Under the pieces are notes generated by a model. The model saw only the letters and a program-made list of their open reading frames with translations, did not search any database and was not told the DNA's origin. A program made the translations under genes and the position numbers. Of a stretch of 64,000 nt of DNA, positions 48,468-59,732 are shown in pieces; within the stretch, counting starts at the first letter, position 1, and every line of letters begins with the position of its first letter. The stretch is from Obrimoposthia wandeli (taxonomy: Eukaryota): assembly GCA_977020255.1 (NCBI GenBank), contig CDROCS010003952.1:124001-188000 (forward strand), in the 5' to 3' direction.

Positions 48468-49544
48468 CTAGACTGACTCAATACTTCCTGTTAATGATAC
48501 TTTCAAACGCTGCATTCCTTCGTCAATAGACACCAAAGGCTGGTAACCCAGATCGGTTTTCGCTGCGCTAATATCAAAATAATGGCAGGTCGATAATTGG
48601 CGAGCGACAAAACGTGTCATCATCGGTTCTTGGGTTTTGCCAAGCCACAAGTACAGATATTCTAGAATGGTGCCAACCACATAGGCCAGTGGGGCTGGTA
48701 CGCGTTTTGTTACTGGTGGTAAATCAGCACAATGGAGTATTTTATTAAGCATACTTGCCATCGTAATCGGTTGGTCATTACTCAGGAAATAACTCTTACC
48801 GGCACAAGCGGGCGCGGGCTCTGCGAGCTTTAACGCGGCCAGAATATGCGCATAAGCGGCATTGTCGATATAGATAGTATCGACGAGTTTATCCTGTTTA
48901 CCGACTAATTTTAATCGCCCAAGTTTGGCGCGTTCAATTACCCTAGGTACCAAATGTGGATCGCCAGGTCCCCAAATCAAATGCGGTCTCAGCGCGACAG
49001 TTTTTAGTTTATCGCTATTGGCGGCGAGCACCATTTTTTCGGCAAGCGCTTTGGATTGGGCATAATAATTTAAGAATGACTGAGCATACGGTTGTGATTC
49101 ATCGATCCCAGCTTCGTCTTCCCCCGTAAACGTCACACTTGGCGTGCTGGTATAGACTAAGCGTGTGATAGCCAGCGACTGGCAGGCTTTAATCACATTT
49201 TCCGAGCCTTGCACATTGGGTTGATAATATTCCGCTTTAGAGCCCCATACGCCGGCTTTTGATGCGACATGAAAGACTAGATCACAGTCCTGCATCGCTG
49301 CCGTCAGCGTTGCTAAATCGCTAATATCGCCTTGCACCATGTTGATACCTAGCTTGGCTAAGTGCGGATAATGGCCGCGGGCGAACCCTGTGACTTTAAT
49401 ACCGGCCGCACATAATGCTTGGCAAATGCTAGTCCCTAAAAAGCCACCCGCACCGGTGACAAAGGCATGTCTGGTCGTTGCAGATAATGCCGTTAACGCT
49501 TGCTGTTCTGCTGCTGGACGCGAGCTGAGTTCCGTCATGTTCAA
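48468..49544 (-). CDS. oleD: 2-alkyl-3-oxoalkanoate reductase (3-beta-HSD-like SDR)
   Basis: TGAGGFLG, HVAS, YTSTPSV, YAQSK, LRPHLIWGPGD; last gene of the ole cluster. Confidence 0.92.
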   Translation of the reverse strand: MNMTELSSRPAAEQQALTALSATTRHAFVTGAGGFLGTSICQALCAAGIKVTGFARGHYPHLAKLGINMVQGDISDLATLTAAMQDCDLVFHVASKAGVWGSKAEYYQPNVQGSENVIKACQSLAITRLVYTSTPSVTFTGEDEAGIDESQPYAQSFLNYYAQSKALAEKMVLAANSDKLKTVALRPHLIWGPGDPHLVPRVIERAKLGRLKLVGKQDKLVDTIYIDNAAYAHILAALKLAEPAPACAGKSYFLSNDQPITMASMLNKILHCADLPPVTKRVPAPLAYVVGTILEYLYLWLGKTQEPMMTRFVARQLSTCHYFDISAAKTDLGYQPLVSIDEGMQRLKVSLTGSIESV

Positions 49545-49564
49545 ACCTTGTTTAGGGGGAAGGG

Positions 49565-51301
49565 TTAACGATTATAGGGTGCTTGTTTTTGTGCCCACAC
49601 GGCTAATTTTTCACGAAATATTTTAGCATTGTGACGAATATCTACGGGGAAATTAGGGTGAATCAAAAACGCGTTTATTGCAGCTGTTTGCTGATGTCTA
49701 CTGCCAATGACTTTAAGCTCGCGAAATAGCTGTTCAGTAGAGAGCTTACTATCATCTTTTAATTCGACACACAGTAACGGTATGGGTTGACCTTGGTATT
49801 GGATCCCCACCAGCGCGGTACGTTTCACTTGTTCATGGGTATTGAAGATACGTTCACAAGGAATTGAAAAGTAGGATTGGCTAGGTGTGATAACACTGTG
49901 CGCTTTACGCCCACACATCCATAACTGGCCTTGTTCATCTAAATATCCCAGGTCGCCCATACGGTGTCGGAACACGGGTTGTTGTTCTGTGCTCGTTGGG
50001 TCTTTAATTTTGGCAAGTTGGGTAGCTTCGTCACGGCGATAATAGCCCTGACTTACGACTTGTCCTTTCACCACTATTTCACCAATTTGGTTGGTGGGTA
50101 AGCTCAAATCGTCATGCCAATTTGCAATAACATCTTCGGTGATCGCAATAATCGCGACTTCAACATCTTTGATTGGCTGACCAACACAAATACCGCCACC
50201 GTTATCGGTGATGTTTTGCATGGTTAACAGCGCCTTGCTGCCAATTTTGGTCAGGGGTAATGACTCTGTGGCACCGTAAGAGTTCCACACTTCGACATCG
50301 GTTTTAAGTAAACGGGTAAAGCGTGATATTGATGATAAGGTTGCTGGAGCTCCAGCTGATATTACTCGTCTCAAGCTGGTTAATAACAGCTGTGGTTGCT
50401 GTTTACAGCCTGCTTGACCGAGTATTTCTATTAAGGCCGGATTAGCAAACAGGTTAGTGCATTGGTATTTTTCAATGGCAGCAAAGATAAAATCTGGGTT
50501 TGCGGTTATCGGTTTGCTGGCATCCATATCAGGTACGATGGATGCCATGCCCAGCGCTGGACCAAATAATGAGAATAATGGGAAAGTGCTTAGATCTCTT
50601 TCGCCAGATTCGATACCGTAGTCATCGCGGAGTGCTTGTATTTGGCCTTCAAACATTTGGTGACTGTAAACAACGCCTTTAGGTACGCCAGTACTACCAC
50701 TGGTGAATAAAATGGCGCACAAATCACGCTTATCAAACAGTGCAATAGGATAAGGCTTAACTGTTTCGTGCTCTGCGATGCTAGCGCGATAATCGGTTAA
50801 TAAACGGCTAAGACTCATTTGCCCTGTAAGACGAGACAGTTTTTCACAACCACCGACGGTCAGACTCAGTTTGACACTGGTTTTACCCCAGCCAAACAGT
50901 TTACGCGCGAGATGGGCTTTGGGAATACCAATGAAGGCATCGGGCGTTGATTCGCTAAAACATTGTTTTAGATTGCGTACTCCCATGCCTGGATCCACTA
51001 AGATCGGCACGATACCGGCTTTAAATAACGCAAAGGTTAAAATGAAAAAGTCGATGCTTGGCGTGACCATTAATACCGCTTTCATGCCTCGCGTTATGCC
51101 GTAAGCATTTAACGCATAAGCCAACTCATCACTTTGCTGGTTAAGCGACGATAAGTTAATCTCGTCATAAAAAAGCTGGCCTTTACGACTGCGCTGCACT
51201 GCAACTGCGAGCGAGTCGGGAGTTGCTAATGCGGCGTGTGAGAGATGACGACAGAAGTTTATCGCTTCTGACGTTGTGCTATTAATGGTCATAGAACTCA
51301 A
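49565..51301 (-). CDS. oleC: Olefin beta-lactone synthetase (ANL superfamily)
   Basis: [35 protein letters not shown]. Confidence 0.93.
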   Translation of the reverse strand: MSSMTINSTTSEAINFCRHLSHAALATPDSLAVAVQRSRKGQLFYDEINLSSLNQQSDELAYALNAYGITRGMKAVLMVTPSIDFFILTFALFKAGIVPILVDPGMGVRNLKQCFSESTPDAFIGIPKAHLARKLFGWGKTSVKLSLTVGGCEKLSRLTGQMSLSRLLTDYRASIAEHETVKPYPIALFDKRDLCAILFTSGSTGVPKGVVYSHQMFEGQIQALRDDYGIESGERDLSTFPLFSLFGPALGMASIVPDMDASKPITANPDFIFAAIEKYQCTNLFANPALIEILGQAGCKQQPQLLLTSLRRVISAGAPATLSSISRFTRLLKTDVEVWNSYGATESLPLTKIGSKALLTMQNITDNGGGICVGQPIKDVEVAIIAITEDVIANWHDDLSLPTNQIGEIVVKGQVVSQGYYRRDEATQLAKIKDPTSTEQQPVFRHRMGDLGYLDEQGQLWMCGRKAHSVITPSQSYFSIPCERIFNTHEQVKRTALVGIQYQGQPIPLLCVELKDDSKLSTEQLFRELKVIGSRHQQTAAINAFLIHPNFPVDIRHNAKIFREKLAVWAQKQAPYNR

Positions 51302-52191
51302 CGCTTCTCGGTCATGAAATCGGTGATTAAGCCAATTACTTCATCACTGGCATCTTCAAGAATATAATGACCGCAGTCATCAAATTCATTCACTTGCGCA
51401 TGCGGCATACGTTGTTTCCATTGTGCTAAAAAGTGTTTATCAAAGACAAAATCTTTTAGTCCCCAACAGATTAGAGTCGGTACATCTGCAAACTTGCTCA
51501 GGCTATCGCTAATATCAGAGACTAACTCGTAATTACGGTCGCCTGGTTTTAGTGGAATGTCCTGCACAAAACGTAAAGTAGAAATACGGTTACGCCAAGA
51601 ATTGAAAGGCGATACATAAGCGCGGCGCACATCACGGCTCATTGCTTTGCGACGCACGCCAACAATAGAAGCGATAGATGAAAAGGCATTAAAACCACGC
51701 ACTAAAAACGTGCCGACAACGGTATCACGACAGATCCACAATGGCAGTGGAAAGGCTTTTGATAATGGCAGGTGGAAAGCCGCAGTATTTAAGATCACTA
51801 GGCGTTTGATCCGTTGAGGGTGTCGCGCTGCGTAACCCATACCAATCATGCCGCCCCAATCGTGAACGACCAAGGTAATGTTCTCGGTAATACCCAGATG
51901 CTCAAGTAACGCTTCTAGATCATCAATTCGATTGGTTAAGGTATAGTCGTAATCTTTGTCATCCGGTTTATCCGAAAGACCACAACCAATATGGTCGGGT
52001 ACAATACACTGATAATTAGTGCTTAATGCCGACACTAGATTACGGTAATAAAACGACCAACTTGGGTTACCGTGAACCATCACTACCGGTTCGCCAGTGC
52101 CTTCATTGAGGTAATGATATTGCTGGCCATTACGGTCAAGGTAATTACGTTTAAAAGGAAATAATTTATCTAACATATTTGAAGTATCCAA
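51298..52191 (-). CDS. oleB: beta-lactone decarboxylase (haloalkane dehalogenase-like alpha/beta hydrolase)
   Basis: [16 protein letters not shown] nucleophile elbow, GHYILED. Confidence 0.92.
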   Translation of the reverse strand: MDTSNMLDKLFPFKRNYLDRNGQQYHYLNEGTGEPVVMVHGNPSWSFYYRNLVSALSTNYQCIVPDHIGCGLSDKPDDKDYDYTLTNRIDDLEALLEHLGITENITLVVHDWGGMIGMGYAARHPQRIKRLVILNTAAFHLPLSKAFPLPLWICRDTVVGTFLVRGFNAFSSIASIVGVRRKAMSRDVRRAYVSPFNSWRNRISTLRFVQDIPLKPGDRNYELVSDISDSLSKFADVPTLICWGLKDFVFDKHFLAQWKQRMPHAQVNEFDDCGHYILEDASDEVIGLITDFMTEKR

Positions 52192-52192
52192 G

Positions 52193-53242
52193 TTACCACT
52201 TTAATCCAAGCATCATACAATTTAAGCCACTGCCTATACCTAGGAAGCTGACGTTATCACCTTTTTTCAAAAAGCCTTGTTCATCGGCCATTGCTGCGGT
52301 GACAGGCAATGATACTGTGCCCATGTTACCGAGGTATTTGAAGGTGGGAAATTCTTTATAAATAGGTATATTTAAGGCGGTTAATACTTTCTTTTGGTTC
52401 GCAGCGCCGACCTGATGACAAATGACTTTATTGACATCTTCGGGAGCCCATTGCTGTTGCTCCAAAAAGTGCTGCCACGTTTCTTGCGCTAATTCGACGC
52501 CTTCTTTAAGTAATTTCACGGCATCGGTACGCATGTATTCACGGTATAACTGGGTATCGATTTCTTTCAATCCCCATTGGCATAGATCGTGATGTTCAGG
52601 TGCGGATAGGTGGGCTGCACTTAATAATTGGTGATTGCACGAGCCAGCTAAATCTAAGCTGCCGTCGGTAAGCAATATCGCAACTGCGCCAGAACCGCCT
52701 GTTAAGGTCGCTAATGAGGTAGCGTAATTTCTGATGGTTGGATCTGCCAGCATATCATCGATAGTCACATCAACAATGTGACGTGCAGATTCACAAGACA
52801 CCACTAAACCGGCTTTGATTTGGCCTAATTCGATGCGGTTCGCGATATCTAACATACCGGATAAAGCCCCTAAGCAGGCATTACTGATGTCATAAATGGC
52901 GGTGTTTTTTGATACGCCCAGTTTGGCTGCGATACGGCATGCAGTGGCTGGTTCGTGTTGATCGCGGCAAACGCCGGTATACACGACAGCGCCGATATCA
53001 CTAACATCAATACCCGTTTCATCAAGGGTTTTTTGTGCGGCAAGTAACGCACCATCAGATAACATGTAGTCTTTCGGCCACCAGCGACGTTCGGTAATAC
53101 CAGTTAATGCAGCAAGTTGGCCAACAGGAATACGCAGCTTTTGATATAAAGGTGCTAAGCGAAGCTCCAGTGCTGTACTCGTTATGGTTTCTGGCGCTAA
53201 TTCATAAGTCAGGCTATTAATAAAAACGCGGTTATATTTCAT
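52193..53242 (-). CDS. oleA: Acyl-CoA:acyl-CoA alkyltransferase (thiolase fold)
   Basis: EPATAC, SNACLG (catalytic Cys), CHQVG, GNMG, GIGSGLN. Confidence 0.94.
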   Translation of the reverse strand: MKYNRVFINSLTYELAPETITSTALELRLAPLYQKLRIPVGQLAALTGITERRWWPKDYMLSDGALLAAQKTLDETGIDVSDIGAVVYTGVCRDQHEPATACRIAAKLGVSKNTAIYDISNACLGALSGMLDIANRIELGQIKAGLVVSCESARHIVDVTIDDMLADPTIRNYATSLATLTGGSGAVAILLTDGSLDLAGSCNHQLLSAAHLSAPEHHDLCQWGLKEIDTQLYREYMRTDAVKLLKEGVELAQETWQHFLEQQQWAPEDVNKVICHQVGAANQKKVLTALNIPIYKEFPTFKYLGNMGTVSLPVTAAMADEQGFLKKGDNVSFLGIGSGLNCMMLGLKW

Positions 53243-53421
53243 ATATAGGTTATTTTGCTCAATAGTTAGGCGAATTCTCGCCTTATTTTAATTACTTAAA
53301 TTACGTTAACGTTATTTGAGCAAGAAAGCGGTGCAGATTCAACTAAAACTTATTTAGAGTCATAAAAATTAAGCGTTATTTGGATTATTTTTTATTCACT
53401 ACAGCATGTGATTAATGTAGA

Positions 53422-53449
53422 AAAGCCAGTTGGTGTTCCAACTGGCTTT
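53422..53449 (-). terminator. Intrinsic terminator after the giant lipoprotein gene
   Basis: AAAGCCAGTTGG-tgtt-CCAACTGGCTTT perfect 12-bp stem. Confidence 0.8.
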
Positions 53450-53480
53450 AAAATACAAATTAATTTAGGTGAGTTATAAA

Positions 53481-56400
53481 TTAATCATTCGGTTCTTCAA
53501 TGGTGAACACGTTACTCCATATATCACCGCTCTTATCTGAACCAATCCCATCCCATTCTGGAGATTGAGACATCGTTTTTATCGAAAATTGTACCCCGTT
53601 AGTTTCAACAACTGACATATAGTCAACGGCGACTAGTTCGTCATTATCAAAAACTTCGAGAGTAATAATATTCGTAGTATCATCTATTTTCCATTCAGTA
53701 TTCATAACCACATCGCCATCAGTATAAGTACCGATACCACTTAGCTGTGTTACGTCATCGACTGTAAATTTAATGATTTCTTGAAAGTTTGAATCGCCAC
53801 TTACTAACGAGAATGTATGGTCAAAAAACTCAGTACTAAAACGAGCCTGATTACCAGTCTGCGCATTACAATCAATGACGGCACTAATGAACTGGCTATA
53901 AGGTGCTAGTGTTAACGGTTCATCATTGACATCATCCCACTCAGTATTGTCTATCGCGCACTCATATAATTCTTGTTGTTCGGTCGTATTGATATAAGTA
54001 CTTTCCCATGCCTCACTTTCTTCAACAGCATAGATGGCGAATTCGAATTCGTTATCCATGTTTTCAATAAGCGCAATTTTATCCGTGACAACAGAACCGT
54101 CTTCAGATGCGAGTTCTAATAATCCGTCGTTATTAAAGCTCCAAGTAATAGCGCGTTCGATACCATTACGGTAATAGCTCCCGGTTTCATTTTCATTAAA
54201 TGTATAAGCTCTGGTTTCACCGTTATTATTCACATGTGACATTGACATATCAGTCATCGTTCTAGAATCGAACACTGGTAGGTCTGCATAACATGCGTCA
54301 ATTATAGCTTTAAAGCCTTCAAGACTTGATGCATTACTAACATCACATGCAATGGCTTGGTCTAATAAAGCAGTTTTCGCGGTTTCATTTAATAAGATAC
54401 CTTCATCGTCTTCAATTTGTATTCCGGCTTTTTCCAAAGAACCGATGGAAACCGTCTCATTATGCACTGAGAAAATCATGTCGGGCGTATCTTGGTCCCA
54501 CTTATCACCGAAGGCATTAATGGCGTTCTGAGGTACTGTGTGTTCAATGATATCTTCACCATGGATAGTTGAACGAGACCATGTTGAAGAACCGACGAGA
54601 GTTGCTCTACCCGTATCTTTGTAATCTAGAGTATAATAATTAGCTATTCTACCATCTTCACCATCGACGAGTTCAACAGCGATATCATAACCAATACTGA
54701 CTGCATGTAAATCTCCAGTTACTGGGTTCAGCCCTGCACTAACATCTGCTATTAGTTCATCTAGAGTCGCGACGTTTCCATTATCACTATTGCTATTATG
54801 AACATATGCTTGCCAGTCCCATAAGAAATAGGAATCGCTACTCTGTGTAAATTTAAGCACTGCGGCTGTTGAGCCTTCAGGATAAACAGCGCTGTCATCG
54901 GCAAACAATGACCATCCCATGCCATTTTCTGCAATGTTTTTACCCGATAAATCAACCAGTGAGCTGGTAATCGTTTGTGAAAGATCATTGTGACCTGTTG
55001 GATAGGCGATGAACTGACCATCACTAAAATCAATAGTGAACTCTTCAGAAATAAGTAGCCAACCGGATGTCGTTAGTTCTAGGTCTGCATTTAAACTTGT
55101 ATCAACCTCAACCAGACTATTCTCTGACGTTAATTTATGTAATGCTGACATTGGGGCTATATCGTTACTGGTTGTAAAAGTTTCTACAAATAACTCAGAT
55201 ATATCATCATAATCATCATCTTCCCAAACTGAGTAAAAGATACCGTTACCACGTAGGAAATTGATTACTTGGGTATTATCAGATAAACCAACACTTGGAT
55301 TGAGAGGGTCAATATCGACTGTATCATCAACACCATCGCCATCATCATCGGTATCTGCATTATTACCAGTGCCGTCATTGTCGGTATCTAACGTTTCGCT
55401 GCCATTTATTGGGAAAGCATCATTAAAGTCATCTACACCATCACCGTCGGTATCAGGTAATAATGGATTTGTCCCTTGATCCGCTTCAACGACATCGCTC
55501 AGACCATCGTTATCGTCATCGGTATCAATGCTGTTATCGATATTATCGCCATCAGTATCTAATGGTATAATAGCGTTAGCTAATAAAGCCGTTTTCGCTG
55601 TTTCATTTAATAGGATTCCTTCATCGTCTTTAATTTGTATTCCTGCTTTTTCCAAAGAACCAAGGAGTACCGTCTCATTATGCACTGAGAAAATCATGTC
55701 TTGCGTATCTTGGTGCCAGTCATCACCGAAGGCATCAATTGCTGACTGAGGTACTGTATGCACAATGATATCTTCATCATTGATAATTGAACGTGTCCAT
55801 GTTGAAGTGCCAACTAGAGTTGCTTTCCTCTCGTATTGGAAATCTAAGGTATAGTAATTAGCTATTCCACCATCGACTAGCTCAACTGCAGTATCGTAGC
55901 TAATACTGACTGCATGTAAACTTCCCATTTCTGGATTCTGTCCGGCGCTAACATCCGAAATAAGTGCATCTAGAGTAGCTACTTCCCCGTCACCAATACC
56001 GCTATTACCTGTGAATACATGTGCTTGCCAGTCCCATAATAAGTACGAATCGTTATTCGGTGTGAATTTAATTACTGCGGCTGTTGAGCCTTCAGGGTAA
56101 ACAGCAGCATCATCGGCAAACAATGACCAGCCCATGCCATTTTCTGCAATGTTCTTACCTGTTAAATCAATTAATGAGCTTGTAATACTTTGTGACAGTT
56201 CGCTATGACCTGTTGGGTAAGCGATGAACTTACCGTCACTAAAATCAATAGTGAATTCGTCAGGGATCATCTCCCAACCAGATGAGGTTAGCTGCAGGTC
56301 TGCATTTGAATCTGTCGGAATGTTAATGAGTGAGTTATCGGGTGTTACTTGTTGTAGTGCTGTCATCGGCGCAATATCGCCATTAACGGCGAAGGTTTCT

Positions 56401-58070
56401 ACAAATAACTCGGAGATATTATCATCATTATTATCTTCCCAGATTGAGTAAAAAGTATCACTATCACGTAAGAAATTGATTACTTCGGCATTTTCAGATA
56501 AACCAATTTCCGGATTAAGTGGGTCGGTATCATTATCATCGTTAACACCGTCGTTATCATCATCAGTATCGGCGTTATTACCTGTGCCGTCGTTATCAGT
56601 GTCAATAGACTCTGTACCATCTAGTGGGAATGCATCGGTGTCATCATTAACACCATCATCATCATCATCGACATCTTCATTGTTACCTGTGCCGTCGTTA
56701 TCAGTGTCAATAGACTCTGTACCATCTAATGGGAATGAATCGCTGTCATCATTAACACCGTCTCCATCGTCATCGTTGTCTTTATTATTACCAGTACCGT
56801 CTTTATCTGTATCGACAGACTCTGTATTATCCAACGGAAATTCATCTGCGTTATCTAACACTGCATCATTATCATCATCGGTATCAGCGTTATTACCAAT
56901 ACCATCTAAATCTGTATCAATGGATTCAGTATTGTCTAACGGAAATTTATCAAAATTATCTAGAACCTCGTCGTTATCATCATCAGTATCGGCGTTGTTA
57001 CCAGTACCGTCTTTATCTGTATCGACAGATTCAGTGTTATTTAGTGGGAAGGCATCTGCAGTATCAAGTACACCATCATTATCATCATCAGTATCGGTAT
57101 TATTTCCAAAGCCGTCATTATCGCTATCAATGGATTCCGTACTATCTAATGGAAATGCATCGTCAATATCTGCAATTAAGTCATTATCATCATCTAGATC
57201 GGCATTATCCCCTTGATCATCACCATCAAAGTTGACCCACTCATTAGGGTCTTCAGGGAAGATATCAAATACGTCAGCAATACCATCGCTATCACTATCC
57301 GTATCGAAGTTATCCTCTTCAGTAAAAACAGGTATCGCATCGACAAATTCTTTTGAATCATCCGCCTTAATCGTTACCACATTTTGTTTAATCGTATTAC
57401 TTACCGCTTCTACGACTTTAGTGAAAGAGGTTGAATCACTGTTATTTTCATCTGAAATTTGTTCTAGCTGTTCCGGTGTGCTGGGTAATACATTTGATGC
57501 CACAATATTTTCAGCAGCATAAATAACATCATCATTACCCGCATCGATAAAGTCACCCATAACATCTTCAGCTTCAATACCAAGTTGTTGTGATACTTGT
57601 TGGATCGCTTCTTGTTTTTTTGCTGCAACTTCTTCGTCAGAATCATCTGTGGTAGTAGATTGCTTTAGAATAACGTGAACCATGGTGGACAGTGGGGTGA
57701 CCGCTGTTTCACCAGCGGGTGCAGACATGACATAGTTAGAAGTGACGACACCTTGGTCTTCATCAATGGTTTGATCTTTGATGGCTTGAACTACGACGGG
57801 ATATTGTTCAGGATTAGTAATACCAGTCACATCTAAATTAGCTATGCCGCCCACACCGGACAAGGTATTTGGTTCGTTAGCATCCAGTTGAAAATTACCA
57901 TTCAGATCTAACCAGACTTGGGCGTTTTGTAAATATCCGTCAATTGCAGTAACGCTGTAGGTTGATGTTAATGGGGGGGAGGTCTCTGTACTAGAGTTAC
58001 TATCATTACAGCCTGCTAATCCGAGGCCACTCGTAATACTTATTAAAATAGCTAATTTATTTTTTTTCAT
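53481..58070 (-). CDS. 1529-aa acidic surface lipoprotein with thrombospondin type-3-like Ca-binding repeats and a duplicated ~315-aa domain
   Basis: Lipobox LAGC, AIDGYLQNAQVWLDLNGN module, 35-aa DxDxDG/DAFP repeats, two near-identical large domains. Confidence 0.87.
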   Translation of the reverse strand: MKKNKLAILISITSGLGLAGCNDSNSSTETSPPLTSTYSVTAIDGYLQNAQVWLDLNGNFQLDANEPNTLSGVGGIANLDVTGITNPEQYPVVVQAIKDQTIDEDQGVVTSNYVMSAPAGETAVTPLSTMVHVILKQSTTTDDSDEEVAAKKQEAIQQVSQQLGIEAEDVMGDFIDAGNDDVIYAAENIVASNVLPSTPEQLEQISDENNSDSTSFTKVVEAVSNTIKQNVVTIKADDSKEFVDAIPVFTEEDNFDTDSDSDGIADVFDIFPEDPNEWVNFDGDDQGDNADLDDDNDLIADIDDAFPLDSTESIDSDNDGFGNNTDTDDDNDGVLDTADAFPLNNTESVDTDKDGTGNNADTDDDNDEVLDNFDKFPLDNTESIDTDLDGIGNNADTDDDNDAVLDNADEFPLDNTESVDTDKDGTGNNKDNDDDGDGVNDDSDSFPLDGTESIDTDNDGTGNNEDVDDDDDGVNDDTDAFPLDGTESIDTDNDGTGNNADTDDDNDGVNDDNDTDPLNPEIGLSENAEVINFLRDSDTFYSIWEDNNDDNISELFVETFAVNGDIAPMTALQQVTPDNSLINIPTDSNADLQLTSSGWEMIPDEFTIDFSDGKFIAYPTGHSELSQSITSSLIDLTGKNIAENGMGWSLFADDAAVYPEGSTAAVIKFTPNNDSYLLWDWQAHVFTGNSGIGDGEVATLDALISDVSAGQNPEMGSLHAVSISYDTAVELVDGGIANYYTLDFQYERKATLVGTSTWTRSIINDEDIIVHTVPQSAIDAFGDDWHQDTQDMIFSVHNETVLLGSLEKAGIQIKDDEGILLNETAKTALLANAIIPLDTDGDNIDNSIDTDDDNDGLSDVVEADQGTNPLLPDTDGDGVDDFNDAFPINGSETLDTDNDGTGNNADTDDDGDGVDDTVDIDPLNPSVGLSDNTQVINFLRGNGIFYSVWEDDDYDDISELFVETFTTSNDIAPMSALHKLTSENSLVEVDTSLNADLELTTSGWLLISEEFTIDFSDGQFIAYPTGHNDLSQTITSSLVDLSGKNIAENGMGWSLFADDSAVYPEGSTAAVLKFTQSSDSYFLWDWQAYVHNSNSDNGNVATLDELIADVSAGLNPVTGDLHAVSIGYDIAVELVDGEDGRIANYYTLDYKDTGRATLVGSSTWSRSTIHGEDIIEHTVPQNAINAFGDKWDQDTPDMIFSVHNETVSIGSLEKAGIQIEDDEGILLNETAKTALLDQAIACDVSNASSLEGFKAIIDACYADLPVFDSRTMTDMSMSHVNNNGETRAYTFNENETGSYYRNGIERAITWSFNNDGLLELASEDGSVVTDKIALIENMDNEFEFAIYAVEESEAWESTYINTTEQQELYECAIDNTEWDDVNDEPLTLAPYSQFISAVIDCNAQTGNQARFSTEFFDHTFSLVSGDSNFQEIIKFTVDDVTQLSGIGTYTDGDVVMNTEWKIDDTTNIITLEVFDNDELVAVDYMSVVETNGVQFSIKTMSQSPEWDGIGSDKSGDIWSNVFTIEEPND
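54351..56516 (-). repeat. Intragenic duplication: copies at 55569-56516 and 54351-55301, separated by a short TSP3 block
   Basis: Both copies contain GKNIAENGMGWSLFADD.AVYPEGSTAAV and DMIFSVHNETV..GSLEKAGIQI.DDEGILLNETAKTALL. Confidence 0.92.
56517..57310 (-). repeat. Coding tandem repeat, 105-bp (35-aa) unit, about 7-8 copies
   Basis: Same motifs recur at 56581/56686 (105 bp apart) and 56791/57001 (210 bp apart); unit DNDGTGNNADTDDDNDGVxDxxDAFPLDxTESIDT. Confidence 0.9.
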
Positions 58071-58526
58071 TGTTCATCCTAAACATATATAAATTATATA
58101 GTTAATTACGTTGTAAATTATATAGTAGCTAAAGCTAGTGTCATGCTCATGATTAGTCAAACCGTAATACTATTTTCTTGTAGGTATGATTATTCATATC
58201 AGTCTTTGTAGAATGATTTATAGTATTAATTATGCTGAATGTTAATTGCATGATAAATAAGGGGTAATATTGAAAGGTAGAATGATATGTTATTACAATG
58301 ATAGTTTTAAGTTTTTAATTCTAACTTAAGGTTTTGATATTAAAGTGATTTTTTAGTGTGATGTTGGTTTTGTTTATTATTAACAAAAAATCTATTTTGG
58401 GTGGTGTATCACATTATTATGGTGTTTGATAATCGGTGTTTTTTCGAATGTTGATTTATTGAACATACACATAATAGACAATGAGAAGGATTGCATCATG
58501 TGTATGTCGTTTATTGATTAAAGTGA

Positions 58527-59732
58527 TTAATAACATTTCGTATTAGTTGCAAAGCGTTGTTTGTAACGACTGTGGGTTAGTACTAATGCAATCGATGACC
58601 CCGTGAATAAATAGAATATCCCCAAACTTGTTTGATTGTTTATCAAGTGTTCGATTAAAAAGCCCCCGACAAGTCCAGCAATACACATTTGCACTGACCC
58701 TGATAATGCCGACACCGCACCGACTTGTTTACTGTGTGGCGCGAGTAACATGCTTATAGACAATGGAAAACTGATGCCTTGGGCGATTGTTAGCAGGGTA
58801 AAACCAAATATCAGGTTCGCTAACGTCATCTCATTAAAGACTAACCAACAGCCTGCCATCATCATAATGCTCGATGCGAGGTACATAAGTTGATTAGTGG
58901 TGAAACGTTTATTCAATTTATTTAACGTCAAACTACCGATTAACAGTCCTGCTGAAGGAATAATCATGACTTCGCCATAATCTGCCGCACTCATTTTTAA
59001 CCCTTCTTGTAATAAGAAAGGTAAGAGTGACACGGATACTAGCGTGGATAAGTAACCAATCCAGTTATAGCTCGCCGATGAGATTACTTGATAGTTTCGA
59101 GATAAATGCCAATAGTTTCGAATGGTATCTTTAAGTTTAAATTTGGTCACTGCATGGGGCAGGGTTTCTGGCAACACAAAGTAACCGAGAATCAAAATAG
59201 CCGACAGATACAATAATACAAAATTGAACACGGACTGCCAGCCAAAATGCCATGCTGTCCAACCACCAACGACAGGGGCGACAATCGGTAATATAGATGC
59301 TGTTATCGACATATAAGACAAGGCTTGTGTTAACTGAGCACCACTGTAGCTATCGCGGATCACACTGCGTCCCAATACCGAAGCACTACCTGCGCCTAAG
59401 CCTTGCAATAATCGACCGGTAATAAGCGCGGTATAGCTGTCTGGTAGTAGCACACACATTAGCGTACCGGCCAGATAGATACCCTGACCAAGTAGAAACA
59501 CTGGGCGACGACCAATTGCGTCAGACAGTGGACCGTAAAAAAGTTGCGATAAGCCAAACCCCATTAAAAATAGAGTGACCAGTTGCTGAACGTCGGCTTG
59601 AGACACACCAAGATCACTGCGGATTAATGGCAATGATGGCAAATAAATGCTGACACCGACTTGTCCTGTAGCAATGATCATCATCGCTAATGCAAGTGGG
59701 ATTTTGTTAAATGGGGTTTTATTTATATTCAT
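58527..59732 (-). CDS. Bcr/CflA-family MFS efflux transporter
   Basis: IYLPSLP, YGPLSDAIGRRP, GRLLQGLG, PVVGG; 12-TM pattern. Confidence 0.92.
   Translation of the reverse strand: MNINKTPFNKIPLALAMMIIATGQVGVSIYLPSLPLIRSDLGVSQADVQQLVTLFLMGFGLSQLFYGPLSDAIGRRPVFLLGQGIYLAGTLMCVLLPDSYTALITGRLLQGLGAGSASVLGRSVIRDSYSGAQLTQALSYMSITASILPIVAPVVGGWTAWHFGWQSVFNFVLLYLSAILILGYFVLPETLPHAVTKFKLKDTIRNYWHLSRNYQVISSASYNWIGYLSTLVSVSLLPFLLQEGLKMSAADYGEVMIIPSAGLLIGSLTLNKLNKRFTTNQLMYLASSIMMMAGCWLVFNEMTLANLIFGFTLLTIAQGISFPLSISMLLAPHSKQVGAVSALSGSVQMCIAGLVGGFLIEHLINNQTSLGIFYLFTGSSIALVLTHSRYKQRFATNTKCY

Noticed and set aside
40834-53242. ABC/lipocalin unit as the exporter of the Ole hydrocarbon
   Set aside because: Separated by unrelated genes and oppositely oriented; no sequence evidence of a link.
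56476-57216. 246-aa Ser-rich ORF on the + strand
   Set aside because: Antisense shadow of the TSP3 repeats.
56517-57310. Regular repeats as a CRISPR array
   Set aside because: The repeats are in-frame 105-bp coding units with no unique spacers and no cas genes.
58187-58201. Second Fur-like box (TGATTATTCATATCA) upstream of the giant lipoprotein
   Set aside because: Only 11/14 match within very AT-rich DNA; likely chance without a PWM score.
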